From positions 19,983 through 83,982 of the forward strand of contig JACMKX010000157.1 of assembly GCA_014379905.1 (NCBI GenBank): a DNA stretch of 64,000 bases, read 5' to 3'. This DNA is from Ferruginibacter sp. GTDB lineage: Bacteria; Bacteroidota; Bacteroidia; Chitinophagales; Chitinophagaceae. Below the pieces are notes generated by a model. The model worked only from the letters and a program-made list of their open reading frames with translations. It ran no database searches and had not been told where the DNA came from. Below are positions 18,427-29,000 of the stretch, in pieces (the first letter of the stretch is position 1; the number at the start of each line of letters is the position of its first letter). Made by a program: the position numbers and the translations under genes.

Positions 18427-19503
18427 TCACAAGATTACGCCAAATTTTTCAGAAAGAACGTTCAGGTCATCCACCACCGGCTGCAACAAATTAATGCCGT
18501 GTGCCCTGCGATCGGCTTCCATAGCTATTTCAGGTTCCCCCGGTATAATTACAGCTTCCTCCCCTTGTACCGTTTTAGCTGTTTTAAAACGATGGATCCA
18601 CTGATCCATATTGTCTTTAAAATCTGATGCTGTTCTAAAGGCATCGATCCGCATGGCACCAAAAAAATGCCCGATGCCTTTACCCGGCATATTTTCCGGC
18701 ATAGGAATATAGGCAGGAAAAGGCGGCACCCAGGGACCGTAATTAGCGCCACTCAACACGCCCGAAAAAATATCTACTATACTACCCAACATATACCCTT
18801 TATGGCTTCCATGTTCTTTATCGCCTCCCAATGGTAACAAGGCACCGCCTTCTTTTAACTCACTGGCATTGTTACTGGGGCTGCCGTCTTTTTTTTGTAC
18901 CCAGCCTGCTGGTGTGGGCTTATTTTTTCTTTGCAAAATTTCCAGCTTTCCATTGGCAGCTGTTGTGGTGGCAAAATCGGCTACAAATGGTTGTTCCTTT
19001 CCTGCCGGGATGGCTACGGCAATAGGATTGGTGCCCAGCATTTTTTCTATAGAAAAAGTAGGCGCTACCAATGCGGATGCATTCGTCATAGCAATACCGA
19101 TCATATCATGTTCCAAAGCCATCATGGCATGAATACCTGCAATGCCAAAATGATTGCTATTTTGAACACTAACCCAGCCGGTACCTACATTTTTTGCCTT
19201 ATCAATGGCTACCTGCATGGCAAAGGGTGCTACCACCAAACCCAGGCCACTGTCTCCATCAACTACAGCCGTGCTCGGAGTCTCATGAATTATCCTGATA
19301 ATTGGTGTTGCATTTACCCGTTTGGCTTCCCATAAGCGCACATAACCGCTTAGTCTTGCTACCCCATGACTATCCACTCCACGCAGGTCCGCACTCAATA
19401 AAACTTTTGCGGCTGTTTCCGCATCTTTCTCCGTGCAACCGATCTTTTCGAATACTGACCTTGAAAAATTATATAATGTATCGTAAGAGAAGTTTTGTTC
19501 CAT
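18427..19503 (-). CDS. Ldh_2-family (malate/L-lactate/ureidoglycolate type) NAD(P)-dependent oxidoreductase
   Basis: 358 aa. LLSADLRGVDSHGVARL and NSNHFGIAG are characteristic of PF02615 dehydrogenases. Confidence 0.85.
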   Translation of the reverse strand: MEQNFSYDTLYNFSRSVFEKIGCTEKDAETAAKVLLSADLRGVDSHGVARLSGYVRLWEAKRVNATPIIRIIHETPSTAVVDGDSGLGLVVAPFAMQVAIDKAKNVGTGWVSVQNSNHFGIAGIHAMMALEHDMIGIAMTNASALVAPTFSIEKMLGTNPIAVAIPAGKEQPFVADFATTTAANGKLEILQRKNKPTPAGWVQKKDGSPSNNASELKEGGALLPLGGDKEHGSHKGYMLGSIVDIFSGVLSGANYGPWVPPFPAYIPMPENMPGKGIGHFFGAMRIDAFRTASDFKDNMDQWIHRFKTAKTVQGEEAVIIPGEPEIAMEADRRAHGINLLQPVVDDLNVLSEKFGVIL

Positions 19504-19519
19504 GGGTGCGAAGGTAAAC

Positions 19520-19558
19520 GGTTTCCGGTTTCTCGTTTTTGGTTTCTGGTTTCTGGTT
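19520..19558. repeat. GGTTTCT stutter repeat
   Basis: ggtttccggtttctcgtttttggtttctggtttctggtt, starting 17 nt upstream of the Ldh-family gene start. Confidence 0.85.
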
Positions 19559-19592
19559 AGTTTTCCAATTATTGAAGTATATGGTCAAATTC

Positions 19593-19613
19593 CCGATTAC
19601 TAATTACTAATCG
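19593..19613. repeat. GATTACTAATTAC word
   Basis: cgattactaattactaatcg shares the 13-mer gattactaattac, in reverse complement, with 57581-57600. Confidence 0.7.
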
Positions 19614-19623
19614 CATATTTTCT

Positions 19624-19631
19624 TAGATTTG
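19624..19631 (+). promoter_or_regulatory. -7 box TAGATTTG upstream of yebC
   Basis: Matches TAnnTTTG, 48 nt upstream of the ATG. Confidence 0.5.
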
Positions 19632-19646
19632 CAGCCCGTTCATAGA

Positions 19647-19678
19647 TTTTGAACCATTGAACTTTTAAACCTCGAATT
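19647..19678. repeat. TTGAAC-family stutter repeat abutting the yebC start codon
   Basis: ttttgaaccattgaacttttaaacctcgaatt ends at the base before ATG 19679. Confidence 0.8.
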
Positions 19679-20389
19679 ATGGGAAGAATATTTGAAGTAC
19701 GTAAAGGCGCCATGTTTGCCCGCTGGGACAAAATGGCCAAGGATTTTACCAGGATAGGTAAGGAGATCGCAATTGCGGTAAAATCAAGTGGTCCTGATCC
19801 GGATAATAATCCCGCCTTGCGGAGGTGTTACCTGAATGCGAAAGCCTGTAACATGCCCAAGGATCGGGTGGAGGCTGCTATTAAAAGAGCCATGGGTAAG
19901 GATACCAGTAGTTATGAAGAGATCACTTACGAAGGGTATGCGCCCCATGGCGTAGCCCTGCTGGTGGAAACGGCTACAGACAACTCTACCCGCACCGTGG
20001 CCAATGTGCGTATGCATTTCACCAAAGGAAAAGGAGCTTTGGGAACCAGCGGTTCCGTTGCTTTTACATTTAACCGCATGGGTGAATTTAAAATTAAAAA
20101 CGCTGGTCAAAACCTGGAAGACCTGGAGCTGGAGCTGATTGATTATGGTTTAGAAGAAGTTGGCGAGAACAGCGAAGGCCAGATTGTTATCCGCACTGCT
20201 TTTGAAGAGTTTGGAAATATGAATAAGGCGCTGGAAGAAAAAGGTATAGAAGTGATCACAGCAGAGCTTACCCGCATTCCTCAAAATACTGTTGAGTTAG
20301 GCGAAGAAGAAGCCAACGATGTATTAAAGCTGGTAGACAAACTGGAGCAGGATGAGGATGTGCAGAAAGTGTATCACAATCTGAAATAA
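19679..20389 (+). CDS. yebC: YebC/PmpR-family transcriptional regulator
   Basis: 236 aa. [30 protein letters not shown] is the canonical YebC N-terminus. Confidence 0.95.
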   Translation: MGRIFEVRKGAMFARWDKMAKDFTRIGKEIAIAVKSSGPDPDNNPALRRCYLNAKACNMPKDRVEAAIKRAMGKDTSSYEEITYEGYAPHGVALLVETATDNSTRTVANVRMHFTKGKGALGTSGSVAFTFNRMGEFKIKNAGQNLEDLELELIDYGLEEVGENSEGQIVIRTAFEEFGNMNKALEEKGIEVITAELTRIPQNTVELGEEEANDVLKLVDKLEQDEDVQKVYHNLK

Positions 20390-20395
20390 GAAATT

Positions 20396-20420
20396 AAAGA
20401 GCGGGTTGGCTCTTTTTTTA
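20396..20420 (+). terminator. Rho-independent terminator of yebC
   Basis: agagc-gggttg-gctct hairpin followed by ttttttt. Confidence 0.75.
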
Positions 20421-20485
20421 ATTGCATCAGTTTAATCCAGCTATATTATTGGTAAGTAGGGTTGGGTGTTATGTACGCAATCTCT

Positions 20486-20725
20486 TTACTGTATTAGGGC
20501 AGCCCCACCAATTCCCTTCATTTGCCTCCACAGGCCGGCTGGATGGGTAAATGGAACGCCGCTGCATTTTGCCCTTTGAAAAAATATGCTCCGCATTTTT
20601 TCAATACCGCCGTTGGCGTTACCTGACAAAAAGAGGCGGCTGACCCAGTTACTGTTGAAAACAAAAACCGATAATATTAACTGTATAACCATTGTTGCAG
20701 CAGATTTGCTTATTAAATGCTTCAT
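20486..20725 (-). CDS. Possible small membrane protein (79 aa), last ORF of the surface block
   Basis: Its start lies 4 nt after the stop of the glycine-rich protein gene (TAA ttgg ATG) and it has a hydrophobic N-terminal segment. There is no homology signal and a competing antisense ORF exists. Confidence 0.3.
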   Translation of the reverse strand: MKHLISKSAATMVIQLILSVFVFNSNWVSRLFLSGNANGGIEKMRSIFFQRAKCSGVPFTHPAGLWRQMKGIGGAALIQ

Positions 20726-20729
20726 CCAA

Positions 20730-21608
20730 TTAATAAGAAACGATCAGCATTCCGGAAGCACCCTTGCCGGCAAGGACTGAAGCGCCCAAACTTACCAAAC
20801 CGCTTGCCCCTCCACCACCTGGCAATCGCCCGTTTGGACTGGCCCCGTTTGTAATAACGGTGGAGGATGTTGTTATATTGGAAATATTCTGGCCAGCATT
20901 ACCACCCGAACCAGGAAATTTATGAGTAGCACCTCCATTGCCACCATTAGTTATTTCAAAAAATGTAGTAGGGCTATTTTGTCCAAATCTTTTTGTTTGG
21001 ATACCGCCGGCATCACCTGGTACAAGGATATAACTTTTGGGTATTGCTGAAGGTACACCCGATCCGCCCAAACCGGGATTAAACCTGGAAGTGCCTACAT
21101 ATACTGCCCCTCCGCCCCCGAAAGCAGCGTATACATTACCGCCGAGGGTAAAATCCGTGTCTCCCCCATTTACAGCAGTTGCACTATTGGCTGCGTTGCC
21201 CCCCGCCCCGATCTGGACAGTAGCTGTATTACCCGGAATAACGGCCAGGTGTATTTTCACATAACCACCGCCACCGCCACCACAATAATAATTTCCTCCT
21301 CCACCGCCTCCCCACAATTCCACCATTATTTTGGTTACACCTGCAGGCACCGTAAAAGTTCCGTTATTATAATAAGTAAGGAAATTTTTAAAATCACACA
21401 TATTGCCCCACTCCAGTATACCCGAATTATTTTTCAACAACACCTGGTTGGCAGTGCCATCCACGCCATTTGCTTTAATGGTGCCGGTTACATTTATATT
21501 TCCTGTAACATCCAGTTTTTCGGCCGGGTTAGTGTTACCAATACCTATATTCTGACCCTTACTACTTAGCGTAGTAAGCAATAAAAAAAGAATCAAATTT
21601 GTTTTCAT
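20730..21608 (-). CDS. Secreted glycine-rich-domain protein with tail-fibre-like collar motif
   Basis: 292 aa with signal MKTNLILFLLLTTLSSKGQ. Then NIGIGNTNPAEKLDVTGNINVTG, followed by VELWGGGGGGNYYCGGGGGGY and further G-rich strands, as in phage-fibre-type glycine-rich domains. Confidence 0.7.
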   Translation of the reverse strand: MKTNLILFLLLTTLSSKGQNIGIGNTNPAEKLDVTGNINVTGTIKANGVDGTANQVLLKNNSGILEWGNMCDFKNFLTYYNNGTFTVPAGVTKIMVELWGGGGGGNYYCGGGGGGYVKIHLAVIPGNTATVQIGAGGNAANSATAVNGGDTDFTLGGNVYAAFGGGGAVYVGTSRFNPGLGGSGVPSAIPKSYILVPGDAGGIQTKRFGQNSPTTFFEITNGGNGGATHKFPGSGGNAGQNISNITTSSTVITNGASPNGRLPGGGGASGLVSLGASVLAGKGASGMLIVSY

Positions 21609-21704
21609 TTTTTAAATCAAAAATAAGTTATGTAGTTTATCTCCACAATCACCCATATTAGGTAGTAATTAAACAGGTACCTGGCCCGTCTTCTTAATAG
21701 TAGA

Positions 21705-23765
21705 TTATTGTTTGTAAACCACAAACTGAAAGTTACCATCTGTTAATGCTGCCCCAAGAGTGTACGACCTTACCACTAAAACACCGGCCCCACTGCTGGT
21801 TGTAAAGATGAGTGGCGTGATTGAGGAGTTAGCTGTTACAAGGGTGCTGTATACCTGGAATTGGTAACTTTCACCCGTTATAGTAATATTGTAAACACCC
21901 GTTACAGTTTTAGAAACGGTAAAATTTCCACTGCCGGAATTAATGGTACCGGAGCTCGCTACGTTTCCGTAACAAATGGGCACCAGGTTGGTGGCGCCTG
22001 TTGAAGGACGCATAACTTCCCCATTTACTTTTACATTTCCTACTACATCTAACTTTTCCGCAGGATTGCTGATTCCGATTCCTACCCTCGTATCTGCTAT
22101 GGCACCATTGATGCCATTAATACTACCCAACACCAGCGAATTGCTTTGTGTAACCATTGCTTTGGAACCAATTGCAGTGGCATTAGTGAGTGCCGCAGAC
22201 CCCAGGTCAGCCTCTGCCCCCACAACAGTATTTTCTACACCGGTAGTATTTGTATTTCCGGCAGTATGCCCGAAAAAAGAATTATTATTGCCCGACAAAT
22301 TATTGTAACCGGCTATCTGCCCAAAGAAGCAGTTGGCATTTCCATTATTATTTAAATATCCGGAAGCACCCCCTACAAAAATATTATTCTCTCCTGTTGT
22401 GTTTTGTATACCGGTGAAGGCCCCTATAAAAGTATTATTATTTCCATTTGTGTTAAGGATACCGGCATTGGTACCTACAAAAGAATTATTGGTTCCGGCA
22501 ACATTGTTGAACCCTGCGCTATTTCCTACAAATAAATTGTGGTATCCCCGTGTGTTTGAAAATCCTGCCTTACTTCCCAATGCCGTATTGAGCGTACCCT
22601 CCTGGTTAGAGAGTGCGCCTGCACTATTATTAAAAAGTGCAGAATCTCCTATAGCCACAATATTGCTTCGCGTGTTGAACAACGCTGCCTGTCCGCCGAT
22701 GCTTACATTGCTATTGCCAGTAAGGTTAAATCGTCCTGCCCAAAAACCTATTCCCACATTATTATTACCAGCCTGCAACTGGTCCATAGCACCTGCTCCA
22801 ACGGCTACATTGATAGAACCACTAACGTTACCACCCATGGCGCCTTCGCCGAGACCTGCGTTCTGACTTCCTGTTGTATTTGAATACAAAGCAGCGTTAC
22901 CGATAGCTGTATTACTTCCACCGGTGCTGTTAAAGTTCATTGCATTGCTACCAACAGCTGTGTTATAATTGCCCGTAGTACTCTGCGCCATCGCATCTCT
23001 TCCTACAGCCGTATTAAAAACGCCGATTGTGTTGCCTCGTAACGCCTGGGTTCCCAAAGCGGTGTTGTTGGATCCTGTTTCGTTCAGGTACATGGCGCCA
23101 AAACCATAGGCTGTATTGTAATCGCCAGTCAGGCTATATTGCATACTATAAGTCCCTGCAGATGTGTTACCTGAGCCACTCGTGTTTAACTGAAGAGAGA
23201 ACATGCCGGCACTTGTATTTTCAAAACCGGTGGTAGTTAATCGCAATGAATTAGAACCAATTGCAGTATTGCGGTAACCCGTTGTAATATTAGATAAGGA
23301 TTTGTAACCTAAAACTGTATTATGATACCCTGTAGTATTGGTTTCAAGTGTTCTAAACCCAATACCCGTATTTCCTGAGATTGAATCTATGACGCCGGAA
23401 CGAATATTGTTAATCCTGAAACCAAGCGGCACATCGTCTGTAGTTCCTATAAAGTTGCTGGAAGCATTGGTAGCAGCATTTCCTGAAAGCGACCAGCCTG
23501 AGGGAGAAAGGTTGATCCATGCGGTGCCATTAAAATACCAAAAGCTTTTAGTATCTGTATCGTATACCTGTAAACCTGTGGCTGGCAGCCCTGGTAAGCC
23601 AATAGCAGTTCGTTGCACAGTGTTCATGCGTGGTATGAGTAACCCTTTGTCGGTGGCACTTATATCCAGCAAAGCAGTAGTACTGGGAGTGGGAGTACCA
23701 ATACCCACATTTTGAGCACCGGCATTCATTGATATCAGTAATACAAAAATTATAGAATTTTTCAT
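21705..23765 (-). CDS. Secreted repeat protein (YadA-head / Hep_Hag-like NTA(I/V)G...NT(T/S)G repeats) with two collar motifs
   Basis: 686 aa with a signal peptide. N-terminus NVGIGTPTPS...LLIPRMNT, then about 30 degenerate 14-15-aa repeats (NTAIGSNSL..TTG..NTS.G). A second VGIGISNPAEKLDVVGNVKVNG precedes a roughly 110-aa C-terminal beta domain. Confidence 0.7.
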   Translation of the reverse strand: MKNSIIFVLLISMNAGAQNVGIGTPTPSTTALLDISATDKGLLIPRMNTVQRTAIGLPGLPATGLQVYDTDTKSFWYFNGTAWINLSPSGWSLSGNAATNASSNFIGTTDDVPLGFRINNIRSGVIDSISGNTGIGFRTLETNTTGYHNTVLGYKSLSNITTGYRNTAIGSNSLRLTTTGFENTSAGMFSLQLNTSGSGNTSAGTYSMQYSLTGDYNTAYGFGAMYLNETGSNNTALGTQALRGNTIGVFNTAVGRDAMAQSTTGNYNTAVGSNAMNFNSTGGSNTAIGNAALYSNTTGSQNAGLGEGAMGGNVSGSINVAVGAGAMDQLQAGNNNVGIGFWAGRFNLTGNSNVSIGGQAALFNTRSNIVAIGDSALFNNSAGALSNQEGTLNTALGSKAGFSNTRGYHNLFVGNSAGFNNVAGTNNSFVGTNAGILNTNGNNNTFIGAFTGIQNTTGENNIFVGGASGYLNNNGNANCFFGQIAGYNNLSGNNNSFFGHTAGNTNTTGVENTVVGAEADLGSAALTNATAIGSKAMVTQSNSLVLGSINGINGAIADTRVGIGISNPAEKLDVVGNVKVNGEVMRPSTGATNLVPICYGNVASSGTINSGSGNFTVSKTVTGVYNITITGESYQFQVYSTLVTANSSITPLIFTTSSGAGVLVVRSYTLGAALTDGNFQFVVYKQ

Positions 23766-23849
23766 TTTTTTTATTTAAATGTAACGTTTGTAACCAACCT
23801 GTACAAACACTTTTATTGGCCAGAGAATATGTGAACCAACTGATAAATT

Positions 23850-25118
23850 TTATCTACAGCTATGCTGCATCAGTGCTAAATACAGTTGTGATTTTTTCCC
23901 CAGGGCAGTAGTCGGATCACGGGCGTACGCTTCGTCTAAAGCAGCCATTTGTGCTTCCGTACTTCTTAACCTTCCAATGAAACCCTGAAGGCATCCAAGC
24001 TTAGCCTGGGCAGGATTATCATTAGGGTTTCTGCGAATCCGTTGTTCCGTAACACAAATGCTGAGTTGTGTACTGATGATATCGCCTTGTATCATAAACA
24101 AAGGGTCCATCATATTCCTGTAAGCTTTTTGAACATTTTGATTTTGCAAAACATTATTATTCGTTCGCCGAATGCTATCCATATCACCACTCTGTAACCT
24201 GAGTTGATTCTCTCTAAACACCAGAAGTGCCTCCCGGTGTGCTGCGCAGGGATCATCGGGTCTTATCTTACCTCTGTCTCTATCGATCTTTTGTCGTTCT
24301 TTGATCATATCTTCTGTTCTCTTTTCTATAAAAACTTCTTCTTGTTTCTGAAAAGCTGTTGGATCGAAACAAACGGCTACCTCATCTATATCAGTGATCT
24401 TCGCTTCCCAGGAAGGATGCTGCATTTCCATGATGATGTACAAACCTTTGTCTGTCATTTGATAGCCGATACCGAAATTGCCGAGGTATTTACCTATATT
24501 AAAAGCAAGCTGCGGCGGATAGTTTTTCCCAAATAAATAGTATAACTGAGGTTGGGCCTCATTTTTATACGACCAGGCTTTAACCTTATCATCACAATAC
24601 AACTTCATCTCCATTTTTTTATTGACCCTCATCATTCCGGTATTGGAACCTGGTAATGTATAGGGATTAGCCTGCGTGCCGCTCATCGTAACCCAATGCT
24701 TTAACCGCCCATTTCCCTCGTCTGTAGTTTGGTAAGTATATAAGTTGCCTTTAGTGCCTATCACATAAAAGACAAAATCTTTTTCGAAAGGTTTTATATC
24801 ACAAAGGCCGCCACCTGCACTATTACGGGGCATGCAATATCCCACGTAACCCGAGGCAGTATTAAAATATAGGCATTGTTCTGAAACCCTTCCCGCAGAT
24901 TGTGTTTTTATTTTCACCTGTTTATCAAAACAGAGTTGCTCACTGTTGGGTAAAATAAACACAGGTGAACGCTCCCCGGAAACAACCGGAGCTACTAATA
25001 TCGCTCTTTGATAAGGGGAGCCACTGCCCGCACCCCACATAGTATCCGGTCGGGGGTGCTGCGCTTTCGCAACGTTTACAAAAAACAAAATAATTATCAG
25101 TTGGAGGCAATGTTTCAT
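23850..25118 (-). CDS. Orphan secreted Cys-rich protein (no recognisable domain)
   Basis: 422 aa with signal MKHCLQLIIILFFVNVAKAQ. The N-terminal half looks beta-rich and the C-terminal half looks helical and charged. Confidence 0.65.
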   Translation of the reverse strand: MKHCLQLIIILFFVNVAKAQHPRPDTMWGAGSGSPYQRAILVAPVVSGERSPVFILPNSEQLCFDKQVKIKTQSAGRVSEQCLYFNTASGYVGYCMPRNSAGGGLCDIKPFEKDFVFYVIGTKGNLYTYQTTDEGNGRLKHWVTMSGTQANPYTLPGSNTGMMRVNKKMEMKLYCDDKVKAWSYKNEAQPQLYYLFGKNYPPQLAFNIGKYLGNFGIGYQMTDKGLYIIMEMQHPSWEAKITDIDEVAVCFDPTAFQKQEEVFIEKRTEDMIKERQKIDRDRGKIRPDDPCAAHREALLVFRENQLRLQSGDMDSIRRTNNNVLQNQNVQKAYRNMMDPLFMIQGDIISTQLSICVTEQRIRRNPNDNPAQAKLGCLQGFIGRLRSTEAQMAALDEAYARDPTTALGKKSQLYLALMQHSCR

Positions 25119-25325
25119 ATTGAACTTTTATTTTGATAAACGCCATTTACGATTGCATAACTCAACCTCTGGTTTCTCAACTTTTCTTCTGCCGTTGTAT
25201 TTACTGTTGCAAGTATTTATGGTATGCGCTGCGTGATATAATAACTTACAGAGAAATTTTTTTCTTTTAAGCCTTTTTCCCTGAAATTGTAAACAGCATT
25301 TTTAACCCTGCATTTATTTTAAACG

Positions 25326-25964
25326 CTATTCCACATCCACAATTTTTTGCCGGATGGCTTTTGCTACCGCTTCCGTACCACAGCTTACATGAAGTTTATG
25401 ATAGGTATTTTGCAGATGTTTCTTAACCGTATCAACAGAAATATGCAGCTCTGCAGCGATCATTTTGTAACTGTTTCCTTTGACGAGCAGTTGCAAAATT
25501 TCTTTTTCACGGGCGGTTAACTTATAATCGGGTGCTACTTCTTTTTGCCTGAAATGCTGAAAAACGCGTTGTGCCACAAAGGGACTCATAGGAACTGCAC
25601 CATGCATTACTTCCTGCAGCGAGTCAAGCAGCTTGGAAGGAGAAGTATTTTTTAAAAGATAACCATCTGCCCCGGCGCATATAGAATCAAATATCCTGGT
25701 GTCGTCTTCAAATACGGTGTGCATCACAATTTTAATATCCGGGTATCGCTGTTTGATCAGCTTCACCCCTTCGATACCATTGATTCCGGGCATATCAATG
25801 TCCATTATTACGAGATCAGGGCTGGCAGCAGTCATGTCGTCTACCACATTGTTGCAGTTGGCAAATGCACCGGTGATATTATACGCGTCATCATTACCCA
25901 ATAATAAGAGGAGACTCTCCCGGAGGCGGGCATTATCTTCGTAAACGACCAGTTTAATGGGCAT
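25326..25964 (-). CDS. Response regulator, NarL/LuxR family (REC + HTH_LuxR)
   Basis: 212 aa with receiver DLVIMDIDMPGINGIEG and C-terminal LTAREKEILQLLVKGNSYKMIAAELHISVDTVKKH. Confidence 0.9.
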   Translation of the reverse strand: MPIKLVVYEDNARLRESLLLLLGNDDAYNITGAFANCNNVVDDMTAASPDLVIMDIDMPGINGIEGVKLIKQRYPDIKIVMHTVFEDDTRIFDSICAGADGYLLKNTSPSKLLDSLQEVMHGAVPMSPFVAQRVFQHFRQKEVAPDYKLTAREKEILQLLVKGNSYKMIAAELHISVDTVKKHLQNTYHKLHVSCGTEAVAKAIRQKIVDVE

Positions 25965-26018
25965 GATGTAAAATTATAGTGGAGCAGTGTAAAAATCAAT
26001 TCCCCTTTTGGGTAATCT

Positions 26019-29000
26019 TTATACGGGCATGTTAAACTGAAAGTGGGTTCCGTTGCCAGGCGACGAATCTATCAATAGTTTACCCGAAAGCTGGTGAGCC
26101 CTTTGCCGCATATTGGATAGTCCGTTGCCATCCTTCTTTAAATTTTCATCAAAGCCCTTCCCGTCATCCTTTATTAATAAATATAACCGGGATGCTGCAA
26201 CGGTAATTTTTATAAAGGCATTTTTAGCGGCAGAATGTTTTACCATGTTATTAATGGCTTCCTTGTACAGTAAATAAAAATCACGGCGCTTATCCATCGG
26301 TAAATTAATGTCGGCATCTTCGGCTATTTCAAAAACACAATTTATATTTTTTCCTTCGGCCATATCGGCTGCGTATCTTTTCATGCGAATGAGCAGGTCA
26401 TTAATATTGTCAAACAATGGATTGATATTCCACACTATATCGCCCAGGTTTTCGCTGATGTGCTGAATATCTTCTGCCGCCCTGTTTAAATATTCTGTTG
26501 CTTTGCCTGCATTACTACTTACATTTCTTTTTGCCAGTTCATTCAATATTCCAATATTGCTTAAGGAAGCGCCAATATCATCGTGCAGGTTTCGGCTGAT
26601 ACTATTGCGCATATGCTGTAGTTTTTTAACCTGCGCTATCCTGTATTGCAGTATTTTCCAGGCAGCAAAAAACACGATCAATATCATTAATGCAATGAAC
26701 CATACTGATCTCCAAAAAGGCGGGTGAATTACAATAGGTAAAATGATCTCGTTGCTCCATACTCCTCCGGTGCCCAATGCCCGCATGTGCAATGTATATT
26801 TTCCGGGCTGAAGGCCGGCCAGGTTCAGCCTTGCTTCTTCATTGGGCATCCAGGTATCCTGGCCGGCAATTCCTTCAATACGATAGCGATAATTTGTTTT
26901 TGCAGGATACACCCAATCCATGGCTGCATATTCAATAATGATATTATTTTTATTGTAGGGCAATGCTATCCGCTTCACAAATTCAGGCATAATGGTATCT
27001 GTGTATGCCTGGTTATTAATCAGGATGGAGGTAATGCGCAAATAAGGGGTATCGCCTGCTATAAGGATATCGGCTGGTTTATAAAAAGAAAAGCCATCCT
27101 GTTGTGGTATAGCCAGCATATTATTTTTAGTGATAAAAATACCGGCATCTAAAAAATCACTTTCTAATCCATCAAACCGATTGAAGGTTTGCCATATTTT
27201 TTTTGTGGGGTCAAAGTAACCAAGCCCTGCAGTACTGGCTACCCACACCCTGTTGAATGAATCAATAACGATTCCTCTTAAAATCATTGAAGGAAGTCCG
27301 TCTGCAATGGTATGATTGGCTAATATGGTATGTGTTTCATAATTCATTACCTGCAAACCATCGCCACTGGAAAACCAGAAAGCTTTGTATTTTTCACTAA
27401 ACGCACCTACCATGACCATTTGCTGGGCCAGGTCATTTTTTGTGTTGCCGGTTTTATAAATATGTTTTACAAATCCATTTTTATTAAGGATGAAAATACC
27501 CTGCTGTGTAAGCAACCATGCTTCACCAGCGGGGCTTACTAAAAGTTCAGCTCCCTTTATCTTGCGGATGCCTTTATAATCGCTGTTCCACCTTACCTGG
27601 AAAGTTTTTAAATTGTTTTGATCAATAGCTGCATAATAAATTGTTTCATTACCATACATCCACAGGTTGCCTGCGCTATCGGTATTTATCTTCCTGATCT
27701 TTTTTAATACGGAATCGGGCAAAGACATGTGAATCCCCGGATGAATGAATGAATTTTTAGCTGCATCGTACTTCCGTAAACCATCTTCAAAGGAGGTTGC
27801 CCAAACGTTACCCCGGGCATCCAGCGCCATGTTTATAATATAGTTAGCAGGAAAGGCGCCTTTTTTTAATTTGTATTTTTCCGGTTTGCCTAAATGTTCG
27901 TCCATTGCATAAATACCCTCATGACTACCCATCCAGTATTTTTTATTTTGTTCATCCCATACAATACAGCTGATCTCTTCTCTTATATCATCATTGGCAT
28001 TAAAACTAATATTCTTTTTGAGCCTTACATAAAACGGATGCTGCTGGTATACATAAAATTGTCCGCTGGCAAAAATACCGCCGCCAGCTGTAAGTGAAAT
28101 TTTTTGAATATCCGTTCTTTTACTCAATGCCAGTGCTGCATTGTCAACCGGGGTTATATCTGTGGCAGTATTGTTATTAATGTTGTATGCAAATAATCCC
28201 TTGCTGAGGCAGGCGGTATAAAGTGTGGAATCATTGATGAGCTTGATATCAAATACTACTTCTGCAAAAGAAGGAATGGGTTTCAATAAAAATTTCCGGC
28301 TGCGGGTATCAAAGCATTTCATTCCGTTGCCCCAGGTGCCTATCCATAATGCCCCGTTGGGTTGTACTTCAATATCGCTCACCAGTATGTCTTTTGCAGC
28401 AATAGGATCCAGGCAGGGAAACCGGGTAAATTTTTTTTGTTCTTTGTCGAATAAAAACAACCCGTGGAAACTTGCTATCCACAATAAATTTTTGTTGTGC
28501 GGGTCGGGTATAATATCGTTGATATAATTGTAGCCTCTTACTGTACCATCTTTGCAGTCGCCAGGCTCAGGGTAAAAAAAACTGAAAGTATCTTTTACAA
28601 AATCATATTGGGCAAGGCCACGCCCGGCTGTGCCAAACCATAAATTTTGCTGTGCATCACTTACAATTTTATTAATGCCGTATACAGGGTTATTATCATT
28701 GCTCAACACAGGATATTTTTTAAATTTTCCTGTATGCTGGTCGTACCTGGCAACACCTTTTGCAAAACCTGCTATCCAGAGATGCCCGTTTTTATCTTCG
28801 GTGATGTCTGCCGCAATATTATCTGTTGGAGAATCAGGATTTAAATAATCGGAAAAAAAATTTTTGTAACGTTTGCCGTCAAAGCGAACTACGCCATTCA
28901 TAGTGCAGATCCATAAATAACCGGTTTTAGATTGATAAACCCGGTAATTAAAGCCGGAGAGATATTTGGTTTCGGGCCCATAGGCCATAAAATTCCCTAT

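Noticed and set aside
21037-23715. Plus-strand ORFs 21037..21264, 21249..21569, 21976..22308, 22333..22866, 23338..23715
   Set aside because: These are antisense to the glycine-rich and Hep_Hag-like repeat genes. The repetitive sense codons keep the opposite frame open by chance.
20730-25118. Possible prophage remnant, because of tail-fibre-like proteins
   Set aside because: No capsid, terminase, portal, baseplate, lysis, integrase or att-like sequences are present. All proteins carry Sec signal peptides and sit in a cellular regulatory context.
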